DNA of 64,000 nucleotides from IMG/VR virus record IMGVR_UViG_3300042569_000394; one strand, written 5' to 3'. Under the pieces are notes generated by a model that searched no databases, was not told the DNA's origin, and saw only the letters and a list, made by a program, of their open reading frames with translations. This DNA is from an uncultured virus (IMG/VR IMGVR_UViG_3300042569_000394) (taxonomy: Duplodnaviria; Heunggongvirae; Uroviricota; Caudoviricetes). This document shows, in pieces, positions 1 through 9,471 of this stretch. A program made the translations under genes and the position numbers. Every line of letters starts with the position of its first letter. Position 1 is the stretch's first letter.

Positions 1-1462
1 AAGGATCTCCAAACAAGCCGTTATCAGCAGAGAATGTAGCGGTGGTTCTGCCGTTGATAATTTCATTTAGGATATCAGAAACTGTTGCACCACAAGTTGG
101 ATCTGTTGGTGACCCATACCATGCAACTGGAGTTCCAAACTTAAAGCCTTCTGGTGCACTAATGGTAACTGTTTCGCCTTCCCAGAACTGAATTTGCCAC
201 CACGGTGGTACTTCTGTGGTCACAGATGCGTATGTAGATCTATCTGAGTAGATACTTAGGGTATCGTTATCAGCACGAATAGCGAATTGAAATGTGCTTC
301 CTTGTGGTGCTGTGGAGTACAGTGTTGAGAGTGGAATTGTTATTGAGGTTGTGGTGCTTGCGACTGCCCAGCCGTTCTGAGTAAAGTTTGTTGTAGACCA
401 AAATACACCATAGCGTTCAGGTGTAACTCCAGATAGGTTAGATGCTGGTGCAGACCAAGATAGTTCTACATTGTCTCCAACGATAGTTGCAACAAGGTTG
501 GTTGGTGCGTCAAGGTGTGGGGTTAGATCGGCAACCAATTGCGTAAGTCTTATAACCTCTGCATTAGCAGTAGCAAGCCTTGTTTCTGCCGAAGACTTTT
601 CTGCAGTTGCTAGGCTCAGGGATGTCTGGGCCAATCCTAATACCTGATAGGCAGAGTTCTTTGCTGTTGTCTCTGCCTCGCCATAAGAGTATGTTTCTGG
701 TGATGTAGTTGTCACCTGAGTTACAAGGGATACGTTATCAATGCTTCCTGCAAAGTTGCCGTTCCAAAATCCGTTGTCTACCATTCGGAAGCCAATGTCC
801 CAACGAACTGCGTCGTCAGTAAGGTTGTATGTAGTGGTGAAGTTTGTCCAAGGAAATGTGTCGGTACGATTGCCAGTGTCATAATAGTTTAGTCTCTGAT
901 TGGATGCATTATAAGTGCGGAACTCTACACGATAGCCGTCTGCTTGTGGGCGGTTGCCATCATTAAAATTGTTGTTAGACATATCATACGAGAATGTGAC
1001 CTGTCTAGTTGGAGATGGAAAGTTTCCAGTTTGGAGTACAAAGTGGTAGATGTAAGAGCCAATCAATACGCCATTGTAAACACGAGGGATACTTGAATTT
1101 ATAATTGTGTCGTTAGATCCCATGCCAATGTTTGTCCAGTTTGATGCGTCATTGAAGTTTCCATTTAGCACAACGTTCTGGCTGCCTGTGGATGTTGTGC
1201 CAGGGATGGTTACCCTTGTGGCTTCCCATTCTGCCAGTGCTTCATTATATTCAATTTGAGCCGTATCTCTGGTCGTTGTTGCTGCTAAAACGGCTTCTGA
1301 GGCCGTCTGAAGGCTTGCTGTGGCATCTATAACTTCCTGTTGTGCCAGCACTAAAGCAGCCTGTGCTTCTTGTAGAGTCATCGTTGTTGCTGAGGCAGGC
1401 ATGGCAAAAAGCAATGGCAAGAATACCATTGAAACTGCTGTTAAAAATCTTGGGGTTTTAAT
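1..1462 (-). CDS. Secreted multi-domain surface protein (signal peptide, coiled coil, CBM-like, FN3, SUEL/Gal-lectin-like); runs off the left edge of the window
   Basis: Not in the ORF track; partly translated by hand. N-terminus (I/M)KTPRFLTAVSMVFLPLLFAMPASA, FN3-like PTNLVATIVGDNVELSWSAP...FQFAIRADN, lectin-like WYGSPTDPTCG...ADNGLFGDP. AAGGAG at 1471-1476; first ATG at 1429, likely ATT start at 1462. Confidence 0.8.
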   Translation of the reverse strand, partial: MKTPRFLTAVSMVFLPLLFAMPASATTMTLQEAQAALVLAQQEVIDATASLQTASEAVLAATTTRDTAQIEYNEALAEWEATRVTIPGTTSTGSQNVVLNGNFNDASNWTNIGMGSNDTIINSSIPRVYNGVLIGSYIYHFVLQTGNFPSPTRQVTFSYDMSNNNFNDGNRPQADGYRVEFRTYNASNQRLNYYDTGNRTDTFPWTNFTTTYNLTDDAVRWDIGFRMVDNGFWNGNFAGSIDNVSLVTQVTTTSPETYSYGEAETTAKNSAYQVLGLAQTSLSLATAEKSSAETRLATANAEVIRLTQLVADLTPHLDAPTNLVATIVGDNVELSWSAPASNLSGVTPERYGVFWSTTNFTQNGWAVASTTTSITIPLSTLYSTAPQGSTFQFAIRADNDTLSIYSDRSTYASVTTEVPPWWQIQFWEGETVTISAPEGFKFGTPVAWYGSPTDPTCGATVSDILNEIINGRTTATFSADNGLFGDP

Positions 1463-1501
1463 TTTGGGGTCTCCTTGTTAGGGTTTAATGCTAACAAAAC
1501 T

Positions 1502-1510
1502 ATTATAACA
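1502..1510 (-). promoter_or_regulatory. Extended -10 promoter (TGTTATAAT)
   Basis: TGn-TATAAT just downstream of a terminator and upstream of the RBS of CDS 1-1462. Confidence 0.7.
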
Positions 1511-1522
1511 TTATTTAGTTAT

Positions 1523-1549
1523 AAGAAAAGGGGCATCCGAAGATGCCCC
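1523..1549 (-). terminator. Intrinsic terminator after nrdJ-thioredoxin
   Basis: GGGGCATC-TTCG-GATGCCCC followed by TTTTCTT. Confidence 0.9.
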
Positions 1550-1562
1550 CATTCAAAATAAA

Positions 1563-1814
1563 CTAATTAAATAGCGATCCTAGTGTCTCTTCTGTTGCAA
1601 CGCCTTTGTGAGAAGCAATAACTTCCCCATCTTTAATTGCAATAAAAGCAGGTACTCCAGTTATGTTATACTCCTGAAACATATCTATGTTAATATCTAC
1701 ATCAAGTTTACGATAGTTAACATTAACGTTATTAGAAATAAACTTAGCAATGGTTGGTTCCATTACCTTGCATGGCTGGCACCAGGTTGCTGAGAAGTGA
1801 AGAAGTTCTTTCAT
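1563..1814 (-). CDS. Thioredoxin
   Basis: FSATWCQPC active site, GVP cis-Pro motif; coupled to the RNR stop codon. Confidence 0.92.
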   Translation of the reverse strand: MKELLHFSATWCQPCKVMEPTIAKFISNNVNVNYRKLDVDINIDMFQEYNITGVPAFIAIKDGEVIASHKGVATEETLGSLFN

Positions 1815-3859
1815 TACTTTACATCCTTATCTTGAATCTTGATCTCACAGTAGTCAGTGGTGCAGTATGCCTCACCCTGTGCCTCAAGGTTGTCTACCCC
1901 ATCATAGATTGCAGAGAAGTCAATCTTTGCAATGCGACCGATGTAGTAGTCGTATTCGTTTTCTGTAATCTCTGTATAAGGCTGCTGTGGATATACCGTG
2001 TTGCCCATAGGCAAGAACGATACGGCCTTCAACTGACCTTCATACATGTTTAGAACAGATGCTACGTGCTGTGTTTCAGTTTCCTTATCGAATGATAGTG
2101 TCACTGATACACCATTGTCTGACCAATACTTCTGTGCTGTAGCAGCAAGAGCCATCTTCTCAAACAATGTTACACCCTTTTCTGCTCTCTTCTGTCCAGA
2201 TGCAATCGGGAAGTATACTACTGAAGTTCCTGCTGATACTAGGTCGTCTTCAATCTTATACCCTGCTGCTCTAAACAAGTGTAGCATTGGGTCTGAGTTC
2301 CCAAAGCGGATTGCACGTAGGTAGAACTTTCCACCTGGTCCCCAGTGAACGCCAGGAGTAGCACCAGATAGAATAGATACTGATCCAGATGGCTTGACTG
2401 TGGTTACACGGATTGACTCACGAACACATAGCCACTCTGAATACTTCTTGTCATAGAAACGGATCTTGTTGTATCCCTCGTCCATCCACTCACGAGTAGT
2501 TGGTAGACCATGCTCGTCAGAGAATGATGCAATGCCTGTTAGAGATGTTCCAATACGGCGATTACGCTGCATGATACCGTTGGTCTGTTGCCAGTGCGTA
2601 GGAAGAAGTGTAACAGTCTTACCATACAAGTAGGCAAACTTTAGAGTGCGTAGGAAGTCTTCCTTGCTCTCGTGACGGTTTAGGTGAACCTCAACTAGAG
2701 TACATAGTTCGTATGACTCTAGTGGCTGCTCTGCACATGGGTTGAAGCCTACAACACGGTAGTCTGCTCCATCTGCTGGGTCTGCCAAGCGACCATACTG
2801 ACGAGCAACATCTAGCCAGATAAAGCCTGGCTCTCCGTTATCTGCAATGCGGTCAACATACTTTGAGTAGTCCATTCCAACTGTTGCTGAAATAGAGTTG
2901 TTAGACATCCAGGCCCAACCTGGATTCTTTGGGTCGTACGAGTTACGCTCTGGGAATGCCTCTGCGTTCTTAAGGTTAAGGAAGTCCTCGTCCCCATCTA
3001 CACCCAAAGCAAGCGTAGCAGAACGTCTGACGTTTCCTGCAACTACACAGGTACCGATTAGGTTAATGATATCTACGATGGCACGTGAGTCAAACTTCTC
3101 TCCTGCACGTGAACCAATAGCCTCACGGATAGTGTCGTGCATCTTGATTAGTGGGTCTGGGCCAGAAGCAGTTCCACCAAAGCCCTTAATTGGTGCACCG
3201 TAAGGTCTGATCAAAGAGTAGTCAAATTCCTGTACAGGCTGGTTAGGTCTTAGGAATGAGTTGATCAATAGACGAGTAGATTCTACCCATCCCTCACGGT
3301 CGTCTGGGATTTGGAAAGACACTGCTGGCTCTGTAGGGGCATAGATTTGAAAATTCTTATCCTGTCCTAGTGTGTCAAAGCCAACGCCAATGCCAAGCAT
3401 TAGGGCATCCATAACCCAAGCAAACAATGCACCTGGATCATTCTTGTCTAGGTCCTTAGTAGATACTACTGCACAGTTCTGTAGTGCTGCAGAGTTTCTC
3501 TTCTCCATTGTTAGTGGTGTGCCGAATGACCACATACCTCGGCCTGGTGGTGTCCACTTTAGGTTGAACATTCTGTCGAATGCTTCCTGTGCAGACTTCT
3601 GTGCCTTGTAGTCATTCCAAGGCAAACGTGACTCTTTGGCGTGATTCTTCTGGACAGAATACATTCCTTCAATAACACGCTTTACTACTTCGTACCAGCG
3701 TTCCTTGGTACCGTCATCTTTAATTCTAGAATAGGTTCTGACAAAAGTGATCTCTCCTAGAGAGTTTCCACCTGCATCCACGAAACCAAATGGGGATTCC
3801 AGTGCCTTGTATTTTTCTACAAAGTCGTCTGGAAGTTTAAATGAGAAGAACTCAGACAT
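1814..3859 (-). CDS. nrdJ: Class II (adenosylcobalamin-dependent, monomeric RTPR-type) ribonucleotide reductase
   Basis: RTYSR, PPGRG, LQNC, GNVRRSA, NPCAEQPL thiyl loop, TTVKPSG, C-terminal CTTDYC redox pair; no beta-subunit gene nearby. Confidence 0.95.
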   Translation of the reverse strand: MSEFFSFKLPDDFVEKYKALESPFGFVDAGGNSLGEITFVRTYSRIKDDGTKERWYEVVKRVIEGMYSVQKNHAKESRLPWNDYKAQKSAQEAFDRMFNLKWTPPGRGMWSFGTPLTMEKRNSAALQNCAVVSTKDLDKNDPGALFAWVMDALMLGIGVGFDTLGQDKNFQIYAPTEPAVSFQIPDDREGWVESTRLLINSFLRPNQPVQEFDYSLIRPYGAPIKGFGGTASGPDPLIKMHDTIREAIGSRAGEKFDSRAIVDIINLIGTCVVAGNVRRSATLALGVDGDEDFLNLKNAEAFPERNSYDPKNPGWAWMSNNSISATVGMDYSKYVDRIADNGEPGFIWLDVARQYGRLADPADGADYRVVGFNPCAEQPLESYELCTLVEVHLNRHESKEDFLRTLKFAYLYGKTVTLLPTHWQQTNGIMQRNRRIGTSLTGIASFSDEHGLPTTREWMDEGYNKIRFYDKKYSEWLCVRESIRVTTVKPSGSVSILSGATPGVHWGPGGKFYLRAIRFGNSDPMLHLFRAAGYKIEDDLVSAGTSVVYFPIASGQKRAEKGVTLFEKMALAATAQKYWSDNGVSVTLSFDKETETQHVASVLNMYEGQLKAVSFLPMGNTVYPQQPYTEITENEYDYYIGRIAKIDFSAIYDGVDNLEAQGEAYCTTDYCEIKIQDKDVK

Positions 3860-3895
3860 ATAATCAACCGACCTTTCAAAGTGGGATAGGTATAA

Positions 3896-3924
3896 AGTAT
3901 ACCATAGTGTTTTAGATTTTGCAA
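3896..3924 (-). promoter_or_regulatory. Sigma70-type promoter of nrdJ
   Basis: TTGCAA-17nt-TATACT with a TG extension. Confidence 0.75.
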
Positions 3925-3976
3925 AACTCTCCTTATAAATTTTTCAAAGAGTTTGTTGTTTTATGAAACAGGCATA

Positions 3977-4007
3977 GAAAAAGGGGAGAAGTATTTCATT
4001 CTCCCCT
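3977..4007 (-). terminator. Intrinsic terminator
   Basis: AGGGGAGAA-TGAAATAC-TTCTCCCCT followed by a T-run. Confidence 0.88.
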
Positions 4008-4022
4008 AAATCTATAGTTGAG

Positions 4023-4934
4023 TTACTTGATCAACTTAACCTTTTTGTTCTTTACGTTCTTGTTGTACTGAGTTGCAAGAGCGTTGAATCGCTTTACTAG
4101 AGCAGCATACTTTGCTTCTGCCTCAGTTACCTTGCCATTTGCAACAGCAAGTTGTGCATCCTTTTCTGCAACTAGTGCAGCAAGGTCAACGATCTTCAAC
4201 TCGCCACGGACAAAGCCGAGAGGAGCAGCAAGACCAGTTACAGCAGTTGCGACAGTGGCAGTTGCAATTAGGTCATACTTGCCTACGGTTAGGCCAGTGA
4301 GTTCCTTGGTTGCAACACCAGTAGCATCTGAAGTGATTGAGTAGGTGTTGCTTGCATTTGAACTTAGAACCTGAAGTGCAACAACAGAACCCGATACAGC
4401 GTTACCAAATACGTCAGTTCCAGTAACAGATACCTTTGCGGTAGTTCCTAGAGCAGCAGTAGGTGCGTCAACCTTGATTGTGTTAAGAGCACCAGCGGTT
4501 CCCTTTACGAAGTAGGTTGTTGTAACGCCATCGGCAGTAACTGCAACAGATCCAGTCTTTGTAGTCTTAGTGAATACGAATAGGTCTGCAGTAGTTCCAG
4601 TTCCTGTGGCAATACTTACAGTCGCTGTACCAGATGCAGAAGTTGCACCAGTTAGCGAGGTTAGCAATACAGCATCAACTGCGGTTGCGGTTACGTTTGT
4701 TCCTGCAGCAACGCTTGTAAGAGCAATCTTCAAAGTATTGGTTGCATCTACAACATTGGTTGCTGGTACTGCTAGTGATACTGCGTTAGCAGCGGTGGTT
4801 GGTGCAGTAGTTACTGCAACAGCGTTAACAGTTAGTGCTGTGGTTGCAGCATTTGCTGGTAGTGCCAACAGCGAAGTGGTGGCAAGTGCTACTGCAGATA
4901 CAATAGCAATTAGTGGCTTCTTGAATGAAGTCAT
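4023..4934 (-). CDS. Secreted Ala/Thr-rich Ig-like surface protein with C-terminal coiled coil and basic tail
   Basis: Signal peptide MTSFKKPLIAIVSAVALATTSLLALPANA; Ig-like VTGTDVFGNAVSG; AAGGAG RBS. Confidence 0.8.
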   Translation of the reverse strand: MTSFKKPLIAIVSAVALATTSLLALPANAATTALTVNAVAVTTAPTTAANAVSLAVPATNVVDATNTLKIALTSVAAGTNVTATAVDAVLLTSLTGATSASGTATVSIATGTGTTADLFVFTKTTKTGSVAVTADGVTTTYFVKGTAGALNTIKVDAPTAALGTTAKVSVTGTDVFGNAVSGSVVALQVLSSNASNTYSITSDATGVATKELTGLTVGKYDLIATATVATAVTGLAAPLGFVRGELKIVDLAALVAEKDAQLAVANGKVTEAEAKYAALVKRFNALATQYNKNVKNKKVKLIK

Positions 4935-4961
4935 GGTTATTTCTCCTTATTATTTATTTTG

Positions 4962-6737
4962 TTAGATTAGATCAAATCTAGCCAAGTATTCTTTAACCTC
5001 TTTTGGCATAGGCTTATATTGTATCACATTGTCTTTGTCTGTGTCAAGGACTGTCTTTGGCCTATCCTTAAACGTGTGAACCTCTACCTCAAGGTTTTGG
5101 TTCTTTGGGGTATGTGATATTGCCCCAAATATTGCACCACACACAGCATCCGCCAAGTCCTTAGAGGATTTGCGAGGGTGGTCAACTCTATTTTGCTTAA
5201 CAATCTTAAGTTCGATAAGTTCCTCAAACAGAAGATCGATTGCTGGCATGATTAAGCGGTCTTCGTAGACAAGCATAGCCATATCTTCGTAGTGCTTCTT
5301 GGCAACAGAAACAGTCTCAGTTCTCATACCCACCTGCTTTAACTCATTCTGGATATCAAACGACTGCCAACGGTCAAACGACACCATGCCTATGTTAAAT
5401 CCTAGCCTTCTTAGGTTCTGAATCCATTGCTTTACTTCTGATAGGTTTACTGGGCCTTCCACCTTTGGCTCCCACCACGCTACCGCATCAACTACAACGA
5501 TAGGCATAACCTGCTGGTAATCTTTGCCAACCTGAATATTGACCCACTTATCTACGTGAGCAATTGCAACTGCACACTTGTCGTGCTTCTGTGCAAGGTC
5601 AGCGTGAACGTAGTAGGTCTTGTCTGGGTCTGGGCTAAATCCTGGATCAAATCTTCTGTGCTGGTCTAGTGGATTACGAATGCTCATGGCAGTGCGAATC
5701 TTATCTTCTTGTCTAAAGAATCTGTCGGACGAGAAGGTAGGCACACAGGCAAAGCGTTGCATAGCATCGCCCATGTCTGTAAAGAATGCCAACTTGAAAT
5801 CATCAATTTGACGAGTGGGGTTTACCACCCAGGTAGGACGCTTAAGGGCAAACATTCCTGGATACTTGTAGGACACAACTGTATCTTCATCCCACTCAAT
5901 GTCAAGGTAGTTTCCTTCTTGGTCTTCTGGCAACTCTGGGTTCATAACAAATCTGTGCTGTCTTGTGACTGTATCTTTTTCAGCAATCACTGCATCGTAA
6001 CGCTGAGAGATAAAGTCACCAGGGTAGCGAGGGAAGGATAGCAGGGCTACCTTGCCTAGGTCTGGGAAGCGTGAGTCTACAGAAGCACGGAAGGCCTTGT
6101 AGATATTGTCTGCCGTCTTGCCTTGGTCGTTACCAGTTGCAACCTCAGATGCAAATCCAGAAATCTCATCCAGCACCGCAAGAATAAGGTTAAGACCCTC
6201 GTGAGACTCTCGTTCTGAGTGACCAGAGTAAACTGTAATGGAGTGGTCAAACTCAACGCTGTCTGCCTTGGCATAGAACTTTCCTGCAAACCAAGGAGAC
6301 CTTTCGATCTTTGTTTTAAATCCTTTGAAGAAAACGTTCTTAGCCTGCTGGGCGTTAATAGCAACGTTGATAATATCAATAGCATCGCCAGATGGCTTGC
6401 CGAAGTATCTGGCTGGATCTTTTAGGCAGAGAAGTTTATACACAATGTAGGCACAGGCAACTGTAGATGTAAAGTCCTTGCCAGAACCTTTGCCAAGTTG
6501 TAGGATGATTTCATTCTTCGTATACTTCTTGTAATACCTACGACCCTCTGTGTCGCCAAGCAAATCAATTACATCTTCAAGTCTGTAGATTTGTGACATA
6601 GCCTCAACAATGTCATACTGAACTTGTGATAGTGGTGGCTGCCCTAGATACGCTTCGCCCTCAACAAATGTCTTAGCGTCTACAGGACGCTCTGCAAAAT
6701 TGTCGGACTTAAGTGCATCTAGAAAATCATCAAACAT
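4962..6737 (-). CDS. terL: Terminase large subunit
   Basis: LGKGSGKD Walker A, VLDE Walker B, HADLA...D and SKDLADA nuclease motifs. Confidence 0.93.
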   Translation of the reverse strand: MFDDFLDALKSDNFAERPVDAKTFVEGEAYLGQPPLSQVQYDIVEAMSQIYRLEDVIDLLGDTEGRRYYKKYTKNEIILQLGKGSGKDFTSTVACAYIVYKLLCLKDPARYFGKPSGDAIDIINVAINAQQAKNVFFKGFKTKIERSPWFAGKFYAKADSVEFDHSITVYSGHSERESHEGLNLILAVLDEISGFASEVATGNDQGKTADNIYKAFRASVDSRFPDLGKVALLSFPRYPGDFISQRYDAVIAEKDTVTRQHRFVMNPELPEDQEGNYLDIEWDEDTVVSYKYPGMFALKRPTWVVNPTRQIDDFKLAFFTDMGDAMQRFACVPTFSSDRFFRQEDKIRTAMSIRNPLDQHRRFDPGFSPDPDKTYYVHADLAQKHDKCAVAIAHVDKWVNIQVGKDYQQVMPIVVVDAVAWWEPKVEGPVNLSEVKQWIQNLRRLGFNIGMVSFDRWQSFDIQNELKQVGMRTETVSVAKKHYEDMAMLVYEDRLIMPAIDLLFEELIELKIVKQNRVDHPRKSSKDLADAVCGAIFGAISHTPKNQNLEVEVHTFKDRPKTVLDTDKDNVIQYKPMPKEVKEYLARFDLI

Positions 6738-7269
6738 CGTTATTGATCACCACGGTAATTACTTCTTTATCCTTAGACGCATCGGATAGTCTACGCATAA
6801 TCTTGTCTCTTACTTCTGGGTGCTCTGCAGCAATGTCCTTTAGGATACCGACCAAAATTTCCTGACGGTTCTCAATGGCAATCATCTCTTCGGCAAGTTC
6901 CTTGTTCTCAAGCAGTCCTGCCTTTTGTAGCATCTCAATGCGAGTCTTCTCTAGGTCCATAACCAACTTGATACCTGCGGTCTTGGCACTTAGATTAGCA
7001 ACAGTGGTTGCTTCGTCAATCACTTCGTATGCTTTACTAATTAGTTTAGTATAGTGAGTGTCTGCACCAACAAGGGCTTCTTTTGCACGAGCACGAATAG
7101 CAGCGTTGTCTGCAGCCATGGCCCTCCACTCATTGATATAGGCAACAACCTTTTGTCTTGGCATTGCCAACTCTTTAGAAATCTGAGTAGGCTCAGTTCC
7201 TGCTAGGTACTTTTCAACAACCTTGTTTACTTCATCAAGGTGTTCTACTGTTAGGTCTTCAAACGACAC
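6730..7269 (-). CDS. Probable terminase small subunit (N-terminal HTH, helical)
   Basis: HTH-like PTQISKELAMPRQKVVAYINEW; overlaps the terL start. Confidence 0.6.
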   Translation of the reverse strand: MSFEDLTVEHLDEVNKVVEKYLAGTEPTQISKELAMPRQKVVAYINEWRAMAADNAAIRARAKEALVGADTHYTKLISKAYEVIDEATTVANLSAKTAGIKLVMDLEKTRIEMLQKAGLLENKELAEEMIAIENRQEILVGILKDIAAEHPEVRDKIMRRLSDASKDKEVITVVINNDV

Positions 7270-7543
7270 GCTTTGCTCTCTTTCGTTTAACTGGCACTCT
7301 CTTTACACGCTCAAGATAGAATGAACGCATTCCTCCTGCAACGCCACGATCAAGTTCTAGGCAGTCTATCCACTGTACGCCAGTTTCTGTATTGGTTACA
7401 AAGGCCGAGAACTTGAACTTAATTCCGTGCTCGCCTTGTATCTTAATTATATCACCCTCGGCAATTTCAAAGCCATCGACAATTACCGTTGGCTCTTTGT
7501 GAAACTTGGTTGGTGGAAGGATCGAAGTTTTTCTCTGACGCAT
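7259..7543 (-). CDS. Hypothetical protein (small SH3-like beta domain)
   Basis: Tightly packed ORF; GDIIKIQGEHG motif. Confidence 0.6.
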   Translation of the reverse strand: MRQRKTSILPPTKFHKEPTVIVDGFEIAEGDIIKIQGEHGIKFKFSAFVTNTETGVQWIDCLELDRGVAGGMRSFYLERVKRVPVKRKRAKRVV

Positions 7544-7674
7544 TAGATTGCCTTCTTAGTCTTTGTGCTTTTAAAGCATTTCTTACAATAGGTATATGTC
7601 ATTTTATTGAATGGACAACTGGCTGAGTATGTCTCCTTGTGCCTGCAAAAAATTTTTCTAAGAAAATTCTTCAT
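7543..7674 (-). CDS. 43-aa small putative Zn-binding protein
   Basis: Not in track: MKNFLRKIFCRHKETYSASCPFNKMTYTYCKKCFKSTKTKKAI*; ATGA and TAATG coupling to both neighbours. Confidence 0.7.
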   Translation of the reverse strand: MKNFLRKIFCRHKETYSASCPFNKMTYTYCKKCFKSTKTKKAI

Positions 7675-7823
7675 CGTCTTGACTTCCTCAATCCAAACTT
7701 AGCAAGATAAACATAGATAGTCTCCACGCTTGTCCCACATTCTTTTGCAATTTCTTCTGGAGTTTTCTTGTCCAGGTGGTAGCGTTTCTTTAGCCACACT
7801 TCACTAGTATACAGTTTTGCCAT
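7671..7823 (-). CDS. 50-aa helix-turn-helix protein
   Basis: Not in track: MAKLYTSEVWLKKRYHLDKKTPEEIAKECGTSVETIYVYLAKFGL...; fills the gap exactly. Confidence 0.8.
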   Translation of the reverse strand: MAKLYTSEVWLKKRYHLDKKTPEEIAKECGTSVETIYVYLAKFGLRKSRR

Positions 7824-8399
7824 TTACTTGTCAATCTTTCCCCAGTTATTGATTGCGTAGTGACCAATGCCAATTGCATCTGCTACGTCATCGTCTTCGA
7901 TCGTTTTGTCATAATAAGTATTAACAAACTTGATTGTTCTCTGCTTGCGGATCTCTCTAGACTTGTTTTGATACCAGTTCTTTGACTTACCTGGAAACTC
8001 TGCCATCAAGTCTTGCTTTTCTTTAGCAGTTAGTTTGTTGTTGCCAATGTAACTTTGCCACGTAATAGGATTGATAGAGCCTGCTGTTCTAATACCTGCC
8101 AACTTAGCAGCACCCAAGAGTGCACCCTGAATCAGGGCAAGATCAGAAGCAGTCTTTGGACTGTTGATGAAGACAGTGTGCTCAATAACAATTGCGTCAA
8201 TCTCAAAGTGTTTAAGGAAAGGCAAAGTTTTGACTGCAGCGTCTCCGAGTTTTTGATATGCGTTGTTTCCATCGAATTTAATTTTTCCATATCTTACTAA
8301 GGTTTTATCAGAAAAGATAGCAAAAGCAAGGCTATTAGTGCTAGCATCAATGGCAAGAATATTTTTGGGCTTTGCATTTGTGTTACCTATCTTTACCAT
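7824..8399 (-). CDS. RuvC-like Holliday junction resolvase
   Basis: ILAIDAS, IVIE, DDDVADAIGI acidic catalytic motifs. Confidence 0.85.
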   Translation of the reverse strand: MVKIGNTNAKPKNILAIDASTNSLAFAIFSDKTLVRYGKIKFDGNNAYQKLGDAAVKTLPFLKHFEIDAIVIEHTVFINSPKTASDLALIQGALLGAAKLAGIRTAGSINPITWQSYIGNNKLTAKEKQDLMAEFPGKSKNWYQNKSREIRKQRTIKFVNTYYDKTIEDDDVADAIGIGHYAINNWGKIDK

Positions 8400-8676
8400 T
8401 CATCAATCCTTTTATTTCCTTAAGCACTTTTGAAACGTCCGTTGGGTCGCTTGAGCAAGTGTCGCAAATAGTGCTGTCGTTATATGCAGATAGTTGCTTG
8501 CTGCAAGATCTGCAGTATCTTGGCTTATCTCTACGGCGTAATCTTCTTTGAAGTTGATACCTTTCAGATATCTTTTCCTTAGTCGCCAAATCTCTGCACT
8601 CAGAAGAACAGTAAATCTGATACGAAACTTTTGCTTCAAATGTGTGGTCGCACCACTTACAGTGTTTGTTTTTCAT
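8383..8676 (-). CDS. Cys-rich zinc-finger protein
   Basis: CKWC...YCSSEC...CRSC...CDTC. Confidence 0.75.
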   Translation of the reverse strand: MKNKHCKWCDHTFEAKVSYQIYCSSECRDLATKEKISERYQLQRRLRRRDKPRYCRSCSKQLSAYNDSTICDTCSSDPTDVSKVLKEIKGLMNGKDR

Positions 8677-9466
8677 CCAATGGCTCCAAAGATCTAAGTT
8701 TTATCTCTCCAGAACCAGCATTGTCACAAGCCTCACGGATTGGACATGTCTTGCATATTTTTGAATTAGAACGATAGTTTTTGGTAGGCAAGGTCTTATC
8801 TTCCCAAGCCTTTCTAACTTCTCTCATCCATCCAAATGTGTTCTCTACCCACTCATACATGTATTGATTCAACTCAACAGGAAAGACTAGCAGTTCGTGA
8901 TTGTTTTTGTTTTCATAAATCATTACTGCCTTGCTCTTGTTAAGAATCTTCATATAGATAAGCAACTGAATCATGTGTCCAGTCTTTGGCTTACCCGAAA
9001 TCTTACGATACTCAAAGGCATCATTCGGCATTGTCTTGATTTCGCCAAGCAACTCCGTGTCATCCCAGTTGAGCATTACGTCACCAAATCCGAAGATTGG
9101 TGGATCGTTATAAGTAACTTTAAATTCTGAATCCGCTAGAAGACCTGGAACGTTGCCCATGGCTTCCTGAATTCTTTCGTGTGACTTTGTTCCTGCTGTC
9201 ATGTTAGCAGCACCATACGCATCTGCGTTGTCTGTAAAGTTAGCACCCTCAAATGCCAGGTACCAATAACGAGGGCACTCTCCATGAGAGAATGCAATCG
9301 TGCTTGGTGCAAATGAATTCTTCTTAGTAAACTTGTCTACACGGTTAACCGTATATCCAGAATTAATCTTTTGAATCAGTGCTTCTTTATCAAGAAACGA
9401 TGGCCTAGACGATGATGCCTGGTCCATCCTTTTTATCATTACATCTTGTAGAAAATTCTTAGCCAT
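8657..9466 (-). CDS. Cas4-like PD-(D/E)xK exonuclease
   Basis: CPR, GTKSHE, GD...EIKT, QLLIYM, C-terminal CKTCPIREAC (1+3 Cys Fe-S pattern). Confidence 0.85.
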   Translation of the reverse strand: MAKNFLQDVMIKRMDQASSSRPSFLDKEALIQKINSGYTVNRVDKFTKKNSFAPSTIAFSHGECPRYWYLAFEGANFTDNADAYGAANMTAGTKSHERIQEAMGNVPGLLADSEFKVTYNDPPIFGFGDVMLNWDDTELLGEIKTMPNDAFEYRKISGKPKTGHMIQLLIYMKILNKSKAVMIYENKNNHELLVFPVELNQYMYEWVENTFGWMREVRKAWEDKTLPTKNYRSNSKICKTCPIREACDNAGSGEIKLRSLEPLDEKQTL

Positions 9467-9471
9467 AATAT

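Noticed and set aside
3896..3953. NrdR box or operator upstream of nrdJ
   Set aside because: Only a half match (ACACTAT) overlapping the promoter and a short AAACTCT/AGAGTTT inverted repeat; too weak
8657..9466. CRISPR-Cas locus suggested by the Cas4-like gene
   Set aside because: No other cas genes and no repeat-spacer array seen in the window
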